A stretch of 64,000 nt of DNA from Octopus sinensis (taxonomy: Eukaryota), in NCBI RefSeq assembly GCF_006345805.1, contig NC_043000.1, positions 112,096,001-112,160,000 of the forward strand, in the 5' to 3' direction. The notes beneath the pieces are model-generated. The model worked only from the letters and a program-made list of their open reading frames with translations, did no database searches and was not told the origin of the DNA. Every line of letters begins with the position of its first letter. Positions within the stretch are counted from its first letter, which is position 1. A program made the position numbers and the translations under genes. Positions 1 through 12,168 of this stretch are shown in pieces.

Positions 1-160
1 TAAGTTACAGAGATGTAAGCAATGATGGGGGTGACAAACACAGACACACACATATACACATATATGACGGGATTCTTTCTGTTTCTGTCTACCAAATCCA
101 CTCACAAGGCTTTGGTCGGCCTGAGGCTATAGTAGAAGACACTTGCCCAAGGTGTCATGC
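1..160 (-). mobile_element. SINE family A fragment (tRNA-derived, CORE-like)
   Basis: Reverse complement of the family A body (GACACTTGCCCAAGG, CAAATCCACTCACAAGGC) shared with many copies in the window. Confidence 0.8.
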
Positions 161-929
161 AAGGTGCAAATCCTACTGGAATCAGTTTTCCCATAGATTC
201 TTCTGAATCACTAAAATTGGTCTGAAGTAGTCTAAACATGTGGTAAAGAAGTAATCTAAACATGTGGTAAAAAAAATCTGATATATTATTGTTATTTTGA
301 CACATTAGTTTCATTTTCTGCTGCTGTCGCTACAAATGTATACACACAGAAATTCTTTTCATATACACACACACACACACACATTCCACTGTAATAGCTG
401 CTGTCATTGTTAGTTGTGACTTAGAAATATGTCAACTGTTGAAAATATAAACAAACACTTTCATGCTGTCTCCCTCCACCCACCCCCATCTCTTCTCTCT
501 CATACATAAATGTCTGTCTGTGTGTGTGTGTCACTCTCATTTTGTATCTTAAACATGCACACACACACACACACACACATGTATGCATGCACACAGTATC
601 ATGTCTGTCTGTCTGACATGCACTCCTACATACTCGCATGCATATATATACGCATGTCTAAGTATTTATGCTTCTTTCTCAATTCCATTGCACATATATA
701 CCTATACCTAAGTATACCTCTGTATATTTATGCATGTCTATGTGTGCATGCAGACATGCACACACTCACTCGCTCTGACCCTGTTGTCCAACCAGCCAGC
801 CAACCATTCACTATTGACTCACTCCATTTTGCTTTCTGAAGCAAAGCGCTGTGTAGAGATGATGTCACTCTGTGCTTTCCCACATACCTCTGCTGTATCT
901 TATCTTCTTACCTACCTCCTCTGTCAGTG

Positions 930-1565
930 TGTCTCCCTACTTTCACTGTCTGTCTCCCTACTTTCACTGTCTGTCTCCCTACTTTCACTGTCTGTCTCCC
1001 TACCTCCACTGTCCATCTCCCTACCTCTGCTGTCCATCTCCCTACCTCCACTGTCTCTCTACCTACCTCCACTGTCTCTCTACCTCCACTATCTCCCTAC
1101 CTCCGCTGTCCATCTCCCTACTTCCACTGTCCTCTTCCTACCTCCACTGTCTCCCTATCTCTGATGTCCATCTCCCTACCTCTGCTGTTCATCTCCCTAC
1201 TTCAACTGTCCTCTTCCTACCTCCACTGTCTCCCTATCTCTGATGTCCATCTCCCTACCTCCGCTGTCCATCTCCCTACCTTCACTGTCCTCTTCCTACC
1301 TCCACTGTCTCCCTATCTCTGATGTCCATCTCCCTACCTCCGCTGTCCATCTCCCTACTTCCACTGTCCTCTTCCTACCTCCACTGTCTCCCTATCTCTG
1401 ATGTCCATCTCCCTACCTCTGCTGTCCATCTCCCTACCTCTGCTGTCCATCTCTCTACCTCCACTATCTCCCTACCTCCACTATCCATCTCCGTAATTCC
1501 GCTGTCCGTCTCCCTACCCCCGCTCTCTACCTCCCTACCTCCACTGTCTCCTTACTTCACTCTGT
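930..1565. repeat. C/T-rich minisatellite (~17-21 bp monomer CTCCCTACCTCCACTGT) with 79-bp higher-order repeat
   Basis: Marker CTGATGTCCA recurs at 1161, 1240, 1319, 1398 (period 79); explains the overlapping S/P/L-rich ORFs. Confidence 0.9.
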
Positions 1566-1722
1566 CTACCTATACATTCCTACTGTCTACCTTCTACTGC
1601 CACTTGGTTTCACAGTCTTCTTTCACTTTTCTCTGCTTCTCTTTTATCGCATTTCTTTCTCTCTATCGTCTTTGAACAGTTTTTCTTTTACTAGTTACAC
1701 TGTCAGCTGTGGCTCACTTTAC

Positions 1723-1727
<5 letters not shown>

Positions 1728-1791
<64 letters not shown>

Positions 1792-1845
1792 TATATATAC
1801 ACACACACACATGCATACATACACACATATACACACACAGAGAGA
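1728..1845. repeat. Compound (CT)n-(TA)n-(CA)n microsatellite
   Basis: Directly visible. Confidence 0.95.
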
Positions 1846-2646
1846 AAGTGAGAGAGAAACAGTCTGCTTGCTCAAACACATGTTGCGTTGACTCTCAAAC
1901 ATAATGCCGACAAGTTGTTTTCACATTGATTAAGACTGCTGTTTAGATTTCCTTTGGCTGCATAAACCTAACCTGCTGTAGGCTTTGGTTCATTAGACTC
2001 CAAGCCAGATGACCAGCCTTCCACAGTTAGATGGTCACCTGCCTCTTTAGATAACTACTACAAACTGTGGTTGTTCCTTCTAACTACATTAATTCATTGC
2101 TTCTAATTTTATATTTAAGATGATCACTTCTACGCAGTGTACTCTGGGTTTTGGTGTTTGAATTGTCTGTTGTATCTTGTGTAATTATTTGTGTGTGTAC
2201 ACATGCAGTCTTGAAGAGCGTGGCCTTGTGGTTAGGTCGTAGCACTTATAATAATGAGATCACAGATTCAGTATTTGGGTCAGGCAACAGTGTGTCCTTA
2301 GGCAATGCATTTCATGTGACTCCAGTCAACTTGATTAAAAATATGTCAACTGCTTCAAGGACAATTAGCTCCAAATACTGTAAGTACAAAATGTCATAAC
2401 ATCCACTTTTCTGTTCTTGCATGGGTCGGATGGAGCTATTGAGGTAGATTTTCTACAGCTGTATGCCCTTTCTATTTCCAGCCGATATTTCCCTGTGGCC
2501 AGACATGTTTTCAGAATATAGGAAAGGATTAGCATTCATTTACAGCAATCAAACAATGTCAATACAAGGAGACACACGACACACATCTAGAGTATGATAG
2601 AAGGACAGAGATAGTTGTGTGTGTGTGTGTGTATATATATATATAA

Positions 2647-2678
<32 letters not shown>

Positions 2679-2869
2679 ATTAGGGAATATTATTCCAAAT
2701 TTACAGGGAAAAATTCAATTTAGTAATACTAAATCAAATTTCACAAAATATAATATATGTATCTAATTAGAAAAAAACCTACCTTTTATCAATTCAACAA
2801 TGAAATAATTAAATTATACCATATAGAAAAAAAAAATTAATATAAGATATATATATATGATGATGGTGA

Positions 2870-3170
2870 TGGACTCTCCTGTTGTTAGATGATGTATGCT
2901 GGTTTGGTTTGGCAATTTCTTGCCGAACAGTCACACAAATGATTTGTTTATAGTGATCAAATGTTTGTGTTCGCATAAGCTCACTCCCTCCATCAAATCG
3001 ACATTACCTATACAGGTGCAACAGGTGCCACATGTCAGATGATGAAATGGTTGCAGCGCAACATGAAACGAAGTGCTTTGCTCAAGAACACAAAGCAACG
3101 CTCAGTCTGGGAATTGAACCCACAATCTTGCAATCGTGAGTGCAACATACTAACCACTAAGCCATGCACC
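2870..3170 (-). mobile_element. tRNA-headed SINE (family E)
   Basis: Minus strand begins GGTGCATGGCTTAGTGG (A box) ... GGTTCAATTCCC (B box), then TTGAGCAAAGCACTT. Confidence 0.7.
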
Positions 3171-4754
3171 TTCACGTGTGTGTGTACACACACAAAGGGC
3201 ATATTTCAGTTTCTGTCAACCAACAAAATCCACTTGCAAGGTTTCGCTTGGCCCTGTGCTCTAATGGCTGTCAGTTGCCTGAGTTGTCCTCCAGGAAGAC
3301 TGAACGTGAAGTCAGCTTATATCGTTCATGATTCTCATTCTGTAAAGTGGTTGGTGTTAGGCAAGGCATCCAAGCAATAGAAACCATGCCAAAAATGAAA
3401 CATGCAAGCAAGTTGAGCACTCCCACTGAATGGGCAGTGCTTGTGATGGTGGGGGAGATAGAGAATGGTGACTCAGTCTATGACAGCATGGAAAACAAAT
3501 GGTGATATACTTAATATCTCTATGTCTATAGAAGTATAGAGAATCCACTGTACCATTCATGTCAGCAAGTCTTGAGTGTGCTGCTATGTGGTTGCTTGAG
3601 CTGCTAGAAATAGCAGAAAAGTTCGCCTCGAATCACACACCACTTGATGACAAACTACTTGATGTTGTCCCAGTTGCCTTGGAGCTAAAAACGGTGGTCA
3701 TAGCTGGAACCTCTTGTCTGTTTCCTGAATCTGCTGTTAAGTGATGTGATGGTTGCTTATAACAGCAACAACAACACCACTGTCTGATGATATTTTGTTG
3801 TCTCATCTTATTTTCTCTTCTTTCTTTGATCAGAACCACTTTCTCTCCCCCACCTTCGTCTCCCTCACTTTTAGTGTCACACCCGTGTTGAGGATGTTTG
3901 TCCTGGGACTTCGGAGTAAATTGGAATCCTATTGGTCTCCTTTTTCTTCATTCTCTTTTTCTGTCCCCATCTACTCATCCTTTCTCTGTTCTCTTTGTTT
4001 CTCTCACTCTTTCTCTCTCTCTCACACTCTTTGTCTCTCTCTCTATCTCTCTCTCTCCCTATCTCCCCTCTATCAAACACTTTATCAAGCAATTTACTAG
4101 GTGTTGTGATGAAATAACTTCTCTCTCTCTCTGTCTGCTCCCCATCTCTCTCTCTCCTCCCCATCTCCATCAAAATCTCTCAATCGCACATTTACTAGAT
4201 TCTGTGTGATAAAATGACTTCATCACTTCTTGCTATTGATGATGATGATGATGGTGATGATGCTTTATCTCCTCCCCCCCGCTCCTTATTGGCTACTCCC
4301 CACCACCCTCAATCCACTGCACTCCTCCTCTCCTTCCTCCTGTTGTGATGATGCATACTTCTTTACCTCCCACTACATCTCATTATGACTTCCCTCCCAC
4401 TGTCACTGTCACCTTCACATTTTCTTTTTATTCTCCTTTTTATATCACTTTGTCATACCTGTTGTTTGTTGTTATGGTGATGGGAGTGGTAGGAGGAATC
4501 TCTGTTTCTCCCTTTTTTCTGTTTAACCTCTCCCACCACCACTCTTGTTTACCCCTCCCCCTCCAAGTAGTTCCATTATAAAAAAAAAAAAGCAACCATT
4601 GACAGTGATTATTTTCCACCTCCCTTCCCCTTTGCATTTTGATCCTCTCCCCACTGTCCTATACTCTCACTACCACTCCTTATATACTCCCACTACCACT
4701 CCCTGTATACTCCCACCACAATCCTCCATTTACTCATTCCATCCAACAGAAGAG

Positions 4755-4955
4755 AACCTCTGTATCGCCATTCAGTCTGCTAGAAATAGCAGCCAAATCT
4801 ACCTTAAATTGCATCCTACTGTTGTGAAAAAAGAAGGCTGCATTGGGTAATGAAATTCTTGATATAGATATAGAGAAAGATGGAATTGTCACAGCTAGGA
4901 CACCTGTGATCACAGTTCTACTCCGTTGGGACTGACCTGGGGCTGAACAATAATC
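4755..4955 (+). mobile_element. Interspersed repeat family D (CTGCTAGAAATAGCAGCCAAATCT...GACCTGGGGCTGAACAA)
   Basis: Same sequence recurs near 3600, 7515, 10790, 17430(-), 30530, 34480, 52725, 54400(-). Confidence 0.7.
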
Positions 4956-5858
4956 TTTTCTACTATAGGCACAAGGCCTGAAATTTTTCAGGAGGAAGGT
5001 AGTTGATTGCACCCCCCCTCCCACCAATCCCCCTCCAATGCTTGGCTGGTACTTTATTTAACCTAAAAGGAAGAACGGCAGAGTCAGCACCAGCTTTGAA
5101 CTCAGAATGTGAAGTCGGAAGAAATGCAATAATAATAATTATAATAATAATTAAAAATTAATAATAATGAAAAAAACAAAATTTAACAATAATAAACATA
5201 ACCTCCCATCATAGGACAGCATTGGTTGGTGCTTATTCTTTGGTTCCACCTCCATCCTCACCGTCATTACTCCCCCCCCCTGGCACCATCACTGCTCTGA
5301 TGATAATAATAATAATGCTGATCAGTCCATTTTCATCTCCTGGCACCATCACCACCACCACCAATGCCATCAACAACTGTGCTCTCTACTACCACCTCTA
5401 CTCCCTCTAGACACACCTACCTTTACTATCAGTCCATTGATCTGATAATGTAGTCAACATTTTGCTCTCACATGAAGGTCCATTCATCCCTCATTCACCC
5501 ACTCCCCTCCCCAGCCTGTTTTTTCTGTATACACTGTTTCAAAAGTAAGACTATAATGTCTGTACAAAAGACTATATCCTGGGTGTTTAGACACCTAGAT
5601 GGTAGCTTTTCCTTACATATATAATGTGTGTATGTGTATATATATATCGTTTTGGGATTTGGTTTGCAAGATTCTTTATATGAGTTCATGTGTTGAAGCA
5701 TATTCTGTTGCGTCTGGGGAGAGTCATTTTCTTTTTGTGCCTTAGAATGTAACACAGTCACTGGTAAAATTTCCCCTTATTTTTATTTTCCTAAAATTTT
5801 CGTTGTGTCTTGCAACCTTTTCAATAGTCTTGACTATTGGAAAGGTTGCAAGACACAT

Positions 5859-6236
5859 AGGTGCAGGCATCGCTGTGTGGTAAGTAGCTTGCTTACCAAC
5901 CACATGGTTCTGGGTTCAGTCCCACTGCAAGTGACTTCTACTCTAGCCTTGGGCTGATCAAAGCCTTGTGAGTGGATTTGGTAGACAGAAACTGAAAGAA
6001 GTTGTATATATATATATACATATATATATATATGTATGTATGTATGTATTAATGTATGTGTTTGTCTCCCCAACATCACTTGACAACTGATGTTGGTGTG
6101 TTTACATCCCTGTAACATAGCGGTTTGGCAAAAGAGACTAATAGAATAATTACTGCAGTCAGTTTGACTAAAATTCTTCAAAGTGGTGCCCCAGCATGGC
6201 CTCAGTCTAATGACTGAAATAAGTTAACAATAAAAG
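5859..6236 (+). mobile_element. SINE family A, near full length
   Basis: AGGTGCAGG head, A-box-like and GGTTCAGTCCC B-box-like motifs, internal TA/TG microsatellite, 3' GACTGAAATAAG tail. Confidence 0.85.
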
Positions 6237-6281
6237 ATATGTATGTATAGATATACATATGTATGTATGTATGTATGTATG

Positions 6282-6368
<87 letters not shown>

Positions 6369-6809
6369 CCATGCTGCTACAAGAAGAGAATTATTATAAT
6401 CTGCTATAATCTGGTTATATAATTCGTTTTCAAATCTAATAGTACACACTCAGGAAGTGAGATTAAGTCAGGTTGATGCTGTATTATGCATAGAAATAGC
6501 CTGAAGTTGGTATGCTGATATTTAATGCTGGAATTAATAGATTCAGCACAATATTAGATCCTTTGACAGCCTCTACCATAAGCTTTTGGTATGTACTTAC
6601 ATACTTTCACACATAAACACAGATACATGCATAGTCTGACCCATGCAAGCATGGAAAAGTGGATGTTAAGCAACGATGACTGTGCCACACTTCACTTATA
6701 CGTGTATGTATATACATATACAGACACATGCTCGCTTAGAGGTACAAATGTGTGCTCATATGCATATATTTCCAATCTGTGTGTGTGCATGTGTTTGGAT
6801 ATATATATA

Positions 6810-6975
6810 GGGAGAGTTTACGAAAAAAAAAAACAAAAGACGAAGACAGGTGGTGTACAAAACAAACAGATATATTAGTATAACGCTCAGGAATAGAAAA
6901 AAGTCTTTTACGTTTCGAGCCTACGCTCTTCTACAGAAAGGGACACAGAAAAAAACAAGGAGAGAAAAAAAAATG
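6810..6975 (-). mobile_element. Short element embedded in (TA)n carrying a minimal HHR-like motif (putative Penelope-like terminal remnant)
   Basis: Unique CpG-containing island between TA repeats, containing the HHR-like motif at 6903-6946. Confidence 0.5.
6903..6946 (-). ncRNA. Minimal type-I hammerhead ribozyme-like motif (A6U variant)
   Basis: Minus strand GTGTCCCTTT-CTGTAGA-A-GAGC-GTAG-GCTC-GAAA-CG-TA-AAAGAC: perfect 4-bp stem II, palindromic ACGU stem III, GUA triplet, stem I CUUU/AAAG. Confidence 0.6.
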
Positions 6976-8764
6976 TATATACATATATATATATATAATA
7001 GATACATACATACATACATACGTACAATGTATATCCTCACACAAACCCAACCATGTTACTATACTAATTTCTGCATATGTAAACCTACACGTACATACAC
7101 ATTTTCACTGCATGTCTATAAGCACATACATCAGTGTTGTTGGCATTAACTCATGTTCGTACACACAAAGGAATGTAAAACCACACACATGCACACACAT
7201 CTTCCACAGGTGTGTACACATATTTGTATAATTAGCTTTCTAATGCGAGAGAAATTCCACAGCAAGGCTTCGTTAATTAGCTGCTGTTAATTATGGCAAT
7301 AATGATGATGATGATATCGACGCTAAGATACCACATTGTTTTGACAATGAAGCTGACCACCACTGCTTAGTAATAGACAACAGTAATTTTTGTGATCTTC
7401 ATTGAAGAGTGCCCCTCCCCTCAACCTGATGATAATGCATTTGTGAAAGGAGATGCCAGGACATTCCACACCTTATATATGCATGTAATATGCACAATCC
7501 ATATGCATTTGTTCAGCCTGCTAAAAATAGCAGCCAAATCTCCCTCAAATCACACCCTGTTATCCAAAGTACTTTACATCGTGTACTAATATATTTTATT
7601 TAAAAATGGGAGAATATGGGTTATAGGAACGGCGTGGGCTTAACGACAACAACAACGATTGCTGCGGTTATCATCAGTTACCAAATTTACAAACAGTGTG
7701 AATGAAGCAGCAGACTTCATTATAAAGGTGAGAAGATAATGGTGACGACGAGAACGAAGGAAGCTAGCATCTTTTAACAGCAGCTAAACCTGATAAATAG
7801 ATGTTGCTGGTGAATGGATCGCTATAAGGAGGATGTGAAGTGATGTCATTACACGCATGTTATTTTAGTTCTGTGTATCGATTGTGGTGATGGCAGAGGA
7901 GGGGGCTAGTGGTGTTGACGGTGGTGGTGGTGCTGTTAGTGATGGGAATGGAGTGGGGGAGAGTGATGCTTTGGTGATATTTCCAAAATTCAACATTAGC
8001 AGCAAGTCTAGTCATAATCAAATTACGTTAGTTTGGTTTATCTTTTATCATTTATTTCTTACATGTGTCAGTCATTCAGACTGTGGCCATGCTGGGGCAT
8101 CACCGTAGTTTTAGTCAAAAGTATAAATTTTTTTTTTTTTTTAACCTCATGCTTATTCTATATATCTGTCTCTTTTGCTGGACTGTTATGTTACAGGGGC
8201 ATAAACAAACCAACACTGGTTGACAAGCGGTGGGGGGGGGGACAAACACAGGCCCAAAGATACCCACACATAGATGAATATATATGACTGGCACTCCGTC
8301 GGTTATGATGACGAGGGTTCCAGTTGATCCAATCAATGGAACAGCCTGCTCATGAAATTAACAGGCAAGTGGCTTAGCACTCCACAAACACATGTACCCA
8401 TAACCTCTGCTTTCCATGCTGGCATGGGTTGGATGGTTTGACAGGAGCTGGCAAGGCTGGAAAGCCACTCCAGGCTCCAGTTGTCTGTTTGGGAATGGTT
8501 TCTACAGCTTGATGCACTTCCTAACACCAACCACTTGACAGAGTGGAACTGGGTGCAGTTCATGTGGCACCAGCATAGGTGAGGCACTTTAGTGTTATAT
8601 GTACAAGGAAACGGGTTTGAATTGTTAAGAGATAAACAAGTAATTGGGTATTATTTTCATGAAATGAAATTAGAAACCAAAATAAGTGCAAGCTGTGAAT
8701 TTTGAATGAATGATTAAAATATGTTTGTTTTTTTACTTCAGTTTGGTGGCCAGACACTATGAAA

Positions 8765-8883
8765 ACCTGTATATACACATACATATATATATATACACAC
8801 CACACACACATACATACATATATATATATATACACCACACACACACACATACATACATATATATATATATACACCACACACAC

Positions 8884-8932
<49 letters not shown>

Positions 8933-9050
8933 TATATATATACATAAATACACACCACACACACACACACACATATATATATACATAAATACACACCACA
9001 CACACACACACATATATCGATATAGATACACACACACACATATATATATC
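8765..9050. repeat. Compound (TA)/(CA) microsatellite with ~30-37 bp higher-order units
   Basis: Repeating TATATATATACACCACACACACACAT units. Confidence 0.85.
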
Positions 9051-9611
9051 GCAACTGGTACTTAATTTATTGACCCCAAAAGGATGAAAGGCAAAGTTGA
9101 CCTTCCTGGAATTTGAACTCAACGTAGTGGCAGACAAAATATCGCTAAGCATTTTGCCTGGCGTGCTAACGATTTTGCCAGCTCACCACCTTAATAATAA
9201 TAATAATAATAATAATAATGATGATAATAAACTGTGTCCATCAAGAAGGGTAAACCTGCTAGATAAACAAACAGAACTTCATTTGAGAAGAAAATAAAAC
9301 ATCTAAAAGATATGATTCAGATAAGGTATTTATTTTTGAGACTCTCCGCTGTTAATTGGTAGAATGATATTTACTAATGAGGATGTCCTGATCTAATATC
9401 ATGAATTAGAGAGGAAGATCTAAGTAAATACACAAAACAATGCTGCTGATGGTGGTGGTGGTGATTTCTTTTTATTTGCCACAAGGGCAACAGGCGGAAG
9501 ATTTAATTACAAAGGCAGACATAGAGTGCAGGAGTGATTACATGGAAATATCAGATAAGAAAAAAAAAAGACAGCAAAGAAAAAAAAATGAGACATATCT
9601 CCGTGGTATAA

Positions 9612-10026
9612 AAATGAATGCAGCTATATTTGGCCCAAATAGTCTGCCTGTTTTATGTTCAAACTGACCCAATCTGGCCTCTCACACCAACTCTGCAATG
9701 TCATTCTATAAATAATCATACCATTGAAATCTCGAAGGTATGAGATAATGCAGGATTAATTCAAAGCAATGTACCGCCTGACTGGCCCTCATGCCAGTGG
9801 CATGTAAATGCACCCACTACACTCTGAGTGGTTGGCGTTAGGAAGGGCATCCAGCTGTAGAAACTCTGCCAGATCAAGATTGGACCTGGCGCAGCCATCT
9901 TGTTCACCAGACCTCAGTCAAATCGTCCAACCCATGCTAGCATGGAAAACGGACGTTAAACGATGATGATGATGAATGTGACTAAATAAGCATTACATTT
10001 GATAGAGTAATCTGAATGCTAAAGGG
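9612..10026. mobile_element. piggyBac-type (TTAA) MITE interrupted by an RTE 3' end
   Basis: Right end AAAGGG|TTAA at 10021-10030; left end degenerate; body split by the insertion at 9773-9974. Confidence 0.55.
9773..9974 (+). mobile_element. 5'-truncated RTE LINE 3' UTR (family C) with (GAT)n tail
   Basis: AGGAAGGGCATCCAGCTGTAG...CGTTAAACGATGATG; flanked by AATGT direct repeats (9768-9772, 9975-9979). Confidence 0.8.
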
Positions 10027-10059
10027 TTAATAAATAATGCAGGTTGACCTCTATCTAAA

Positions 10060-10620
10060 ATCCATTCATGGTACCCATCCAAGGAAACTGAACATTAAGG
10101 GCAAAAATACCCTCTCCAGTGCATCAATTTCTACTTAGAGCAATCACATCCATTCTTGCCACCCTTCAGTTAATTAAGTTGAGGACTGCACCTTCTTTCT
10201 ACCTTCTCTTTCCTTTCTACGTGAAACTTGAAAATGTCGATGAGGGCTCAGTCCAAGAGGAAAATGCCAGTCCTCAAGCTTTTCAGCTTTGTCCACAGCA
10301 CATTCTCTTTTCACTATAGCCACTTAACAAAGAAAAGCTACATTCTTTTCCCATTTAAAGAGGAGTGGTTAGATAATGATCATTAAACACTTGGCTGATA
10401 TCCAGTCCTCTCCTACTATTTGACATAACTCCACAAATCGACAATGCCCAGACGCTGTGCAAGTACATGCAGAATTACTCTGCACACATCGTGGGCAGGC
10501 CTGTTGGACAGCACTTCTCTGCTCATAGAGTTTATCTTGCACCAGTGGTTCTCCTCAGGCCAAGAATTTCTGGAAGTTATCCATACTTGTCCTTGACCTG
10601 CAAAAACAGATGAGCCAGTT
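10060..10620 (-). pseudogene. Decayed Tx1/L1-like LINE ORF2 C-terminal relic
   Basis: Minus frame reads ...CRVILHVLAQRLGIVDLWSYVK...ALIDIFKFHVERKEKVER, resembling the zf-RVT (HxLxxC..LW) and C-terminal region of Tx1/L1 ORF2; multiple stops. Confidence 0.5.
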
Positions 10621-12002
10621 CGATTTTGTCGACACCTGGAATTCATCCAAGAATGATCTTGTCCTAGCCACTATAGATTACCTCATGTAAGGTGTGTGTG
10701 CTTGTGTGTGTGTGTTTTGTGAGTGAACTGTGATAAAAATGATGTTAGCTCCAGGTCAGCTCTATTCAAGAAGACCTATGATCGAACTGCTTGAAATAGC
10801 AGTCAAATCTCCCCCCTTCACCTTGAATAAGGAAAGAACACATTTTATTGATATCAGATAAAGGATGTGATTTGAGGGATATTTGACTCTCCTTTCTGGC
10901 AGGTTAAATGATTCTTGTCAAGGCTGTGTGAGGCCAGACACAGGCTGCAAAATTCAACATTCCGTCTAAGACTACCTAATCCACCATTTCACACAAACTT
11001 TAACTTCACTGCCAACAAAATGATATTCTTATTGATTGATTCTAGAAGTTTGTAAATATCCTCCCACTCCAACTATAATGTAGCTTTTAACTGACCAATT
11101 ATAGCCACTGTCCAGTCTCCTCAAACACCTACAGCAAGTGCAGCAATGGTGTCACCTGTTTCTCTCCGGACTCTCTCTCTCTTTCCCATACTCACCCTCA
11201 TTCATTCTTTCACTCTCTTTGTCTCTCAGTCTCTGTTCTTAACTCTCCCTCACTCCCTCTGTTATACTCTCCCTCCTATACCTTCCCTGCTCTCTTTTTC
11301 TTAATCTAATTCTTTTCTCGCTCGAAATAGATTTCCTGGAATATTTTGGTTAATTATAGCAACATAGCATTGGTATTCTTGCAGTGAGCTCATGAAACTG
11401 GGTCACAGCTTTAACCCCTGGCTTCGTCTATATTTCTGACATATCTGAGACTCATGAACACCACACATTCTCATGACCTCCTCCCCCCAATATACTTGAG
11501 GTATGATTGGGGGGGGGGTCTGTGAGGAATTGTTTAGACAATGTTTGTCCCTTTCTTTCCTCCCTCCAAAAATGTTAGTTTCACAATTTTTATGTTTCTG
11601 TTCACAATATCACCACCAGGGGACCAAAGACCTTTCCCAGATCATTGTCGTTTATGCTCATCATCGTCTTTGACACCTCATTGTTGTTTTTGTCATTGCC
11701 ATTCTCATTGTCAGTGTTATTGTCATCATCCATCGTCATCACCTGTCATTGTCCTCATCATCAGCATTATCTTTGTCATTGTCATCATCATCATAATTGT
11801 CATCATCTTCATAATCATTATCATTATTATAAGTCAGTGTTGTCATCTTGCTGATTTTGTCACCGACATAACTTTGGAAGACCATAATTTGCAGAGGAAG
11901 TGTGATAAGATGAACTGATTAGATTTTGGGATCAATCCAATACTGGACAAGGATTCTAGATGGGTTTTCCATTTTTTTACTTAATTTTTGAGAGCAATCA
12001 GA

Positions 12003-12168
12003 TTAATCTTTTTCACGATTTTTTGACTGCTGTGTCACCATTTTTCGGTGTATTTCAACCAGAAAAATGTTCACTTAAAGAGCTGCATAACGCAAAATTT
12101 TTACTTTTCAAAAATTCCAATTCTAAAGGGTTGAAACAAACCCGAGCAACGACGGGCGATACTGCTAG
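12003..12168 (+). mobile_element. Helitron non-autonomous element, 3' fragment
   Basis: Homologous to 17801-18193; CCCG..CGGG hairpin at 12141-12156, ends CTAG|T at 12168. Confidence 0.75.

Noticed and set aside
930-1565. CRISPR-like array
   Set aside because: Eukaryotic minisatellite with no unique spacers and no cas genes.
11541-11918. His/Cys- and Ile-rich ORFs
   Set aside because: Translation of a degenerate (TCA/TTG)n triplet repeat.
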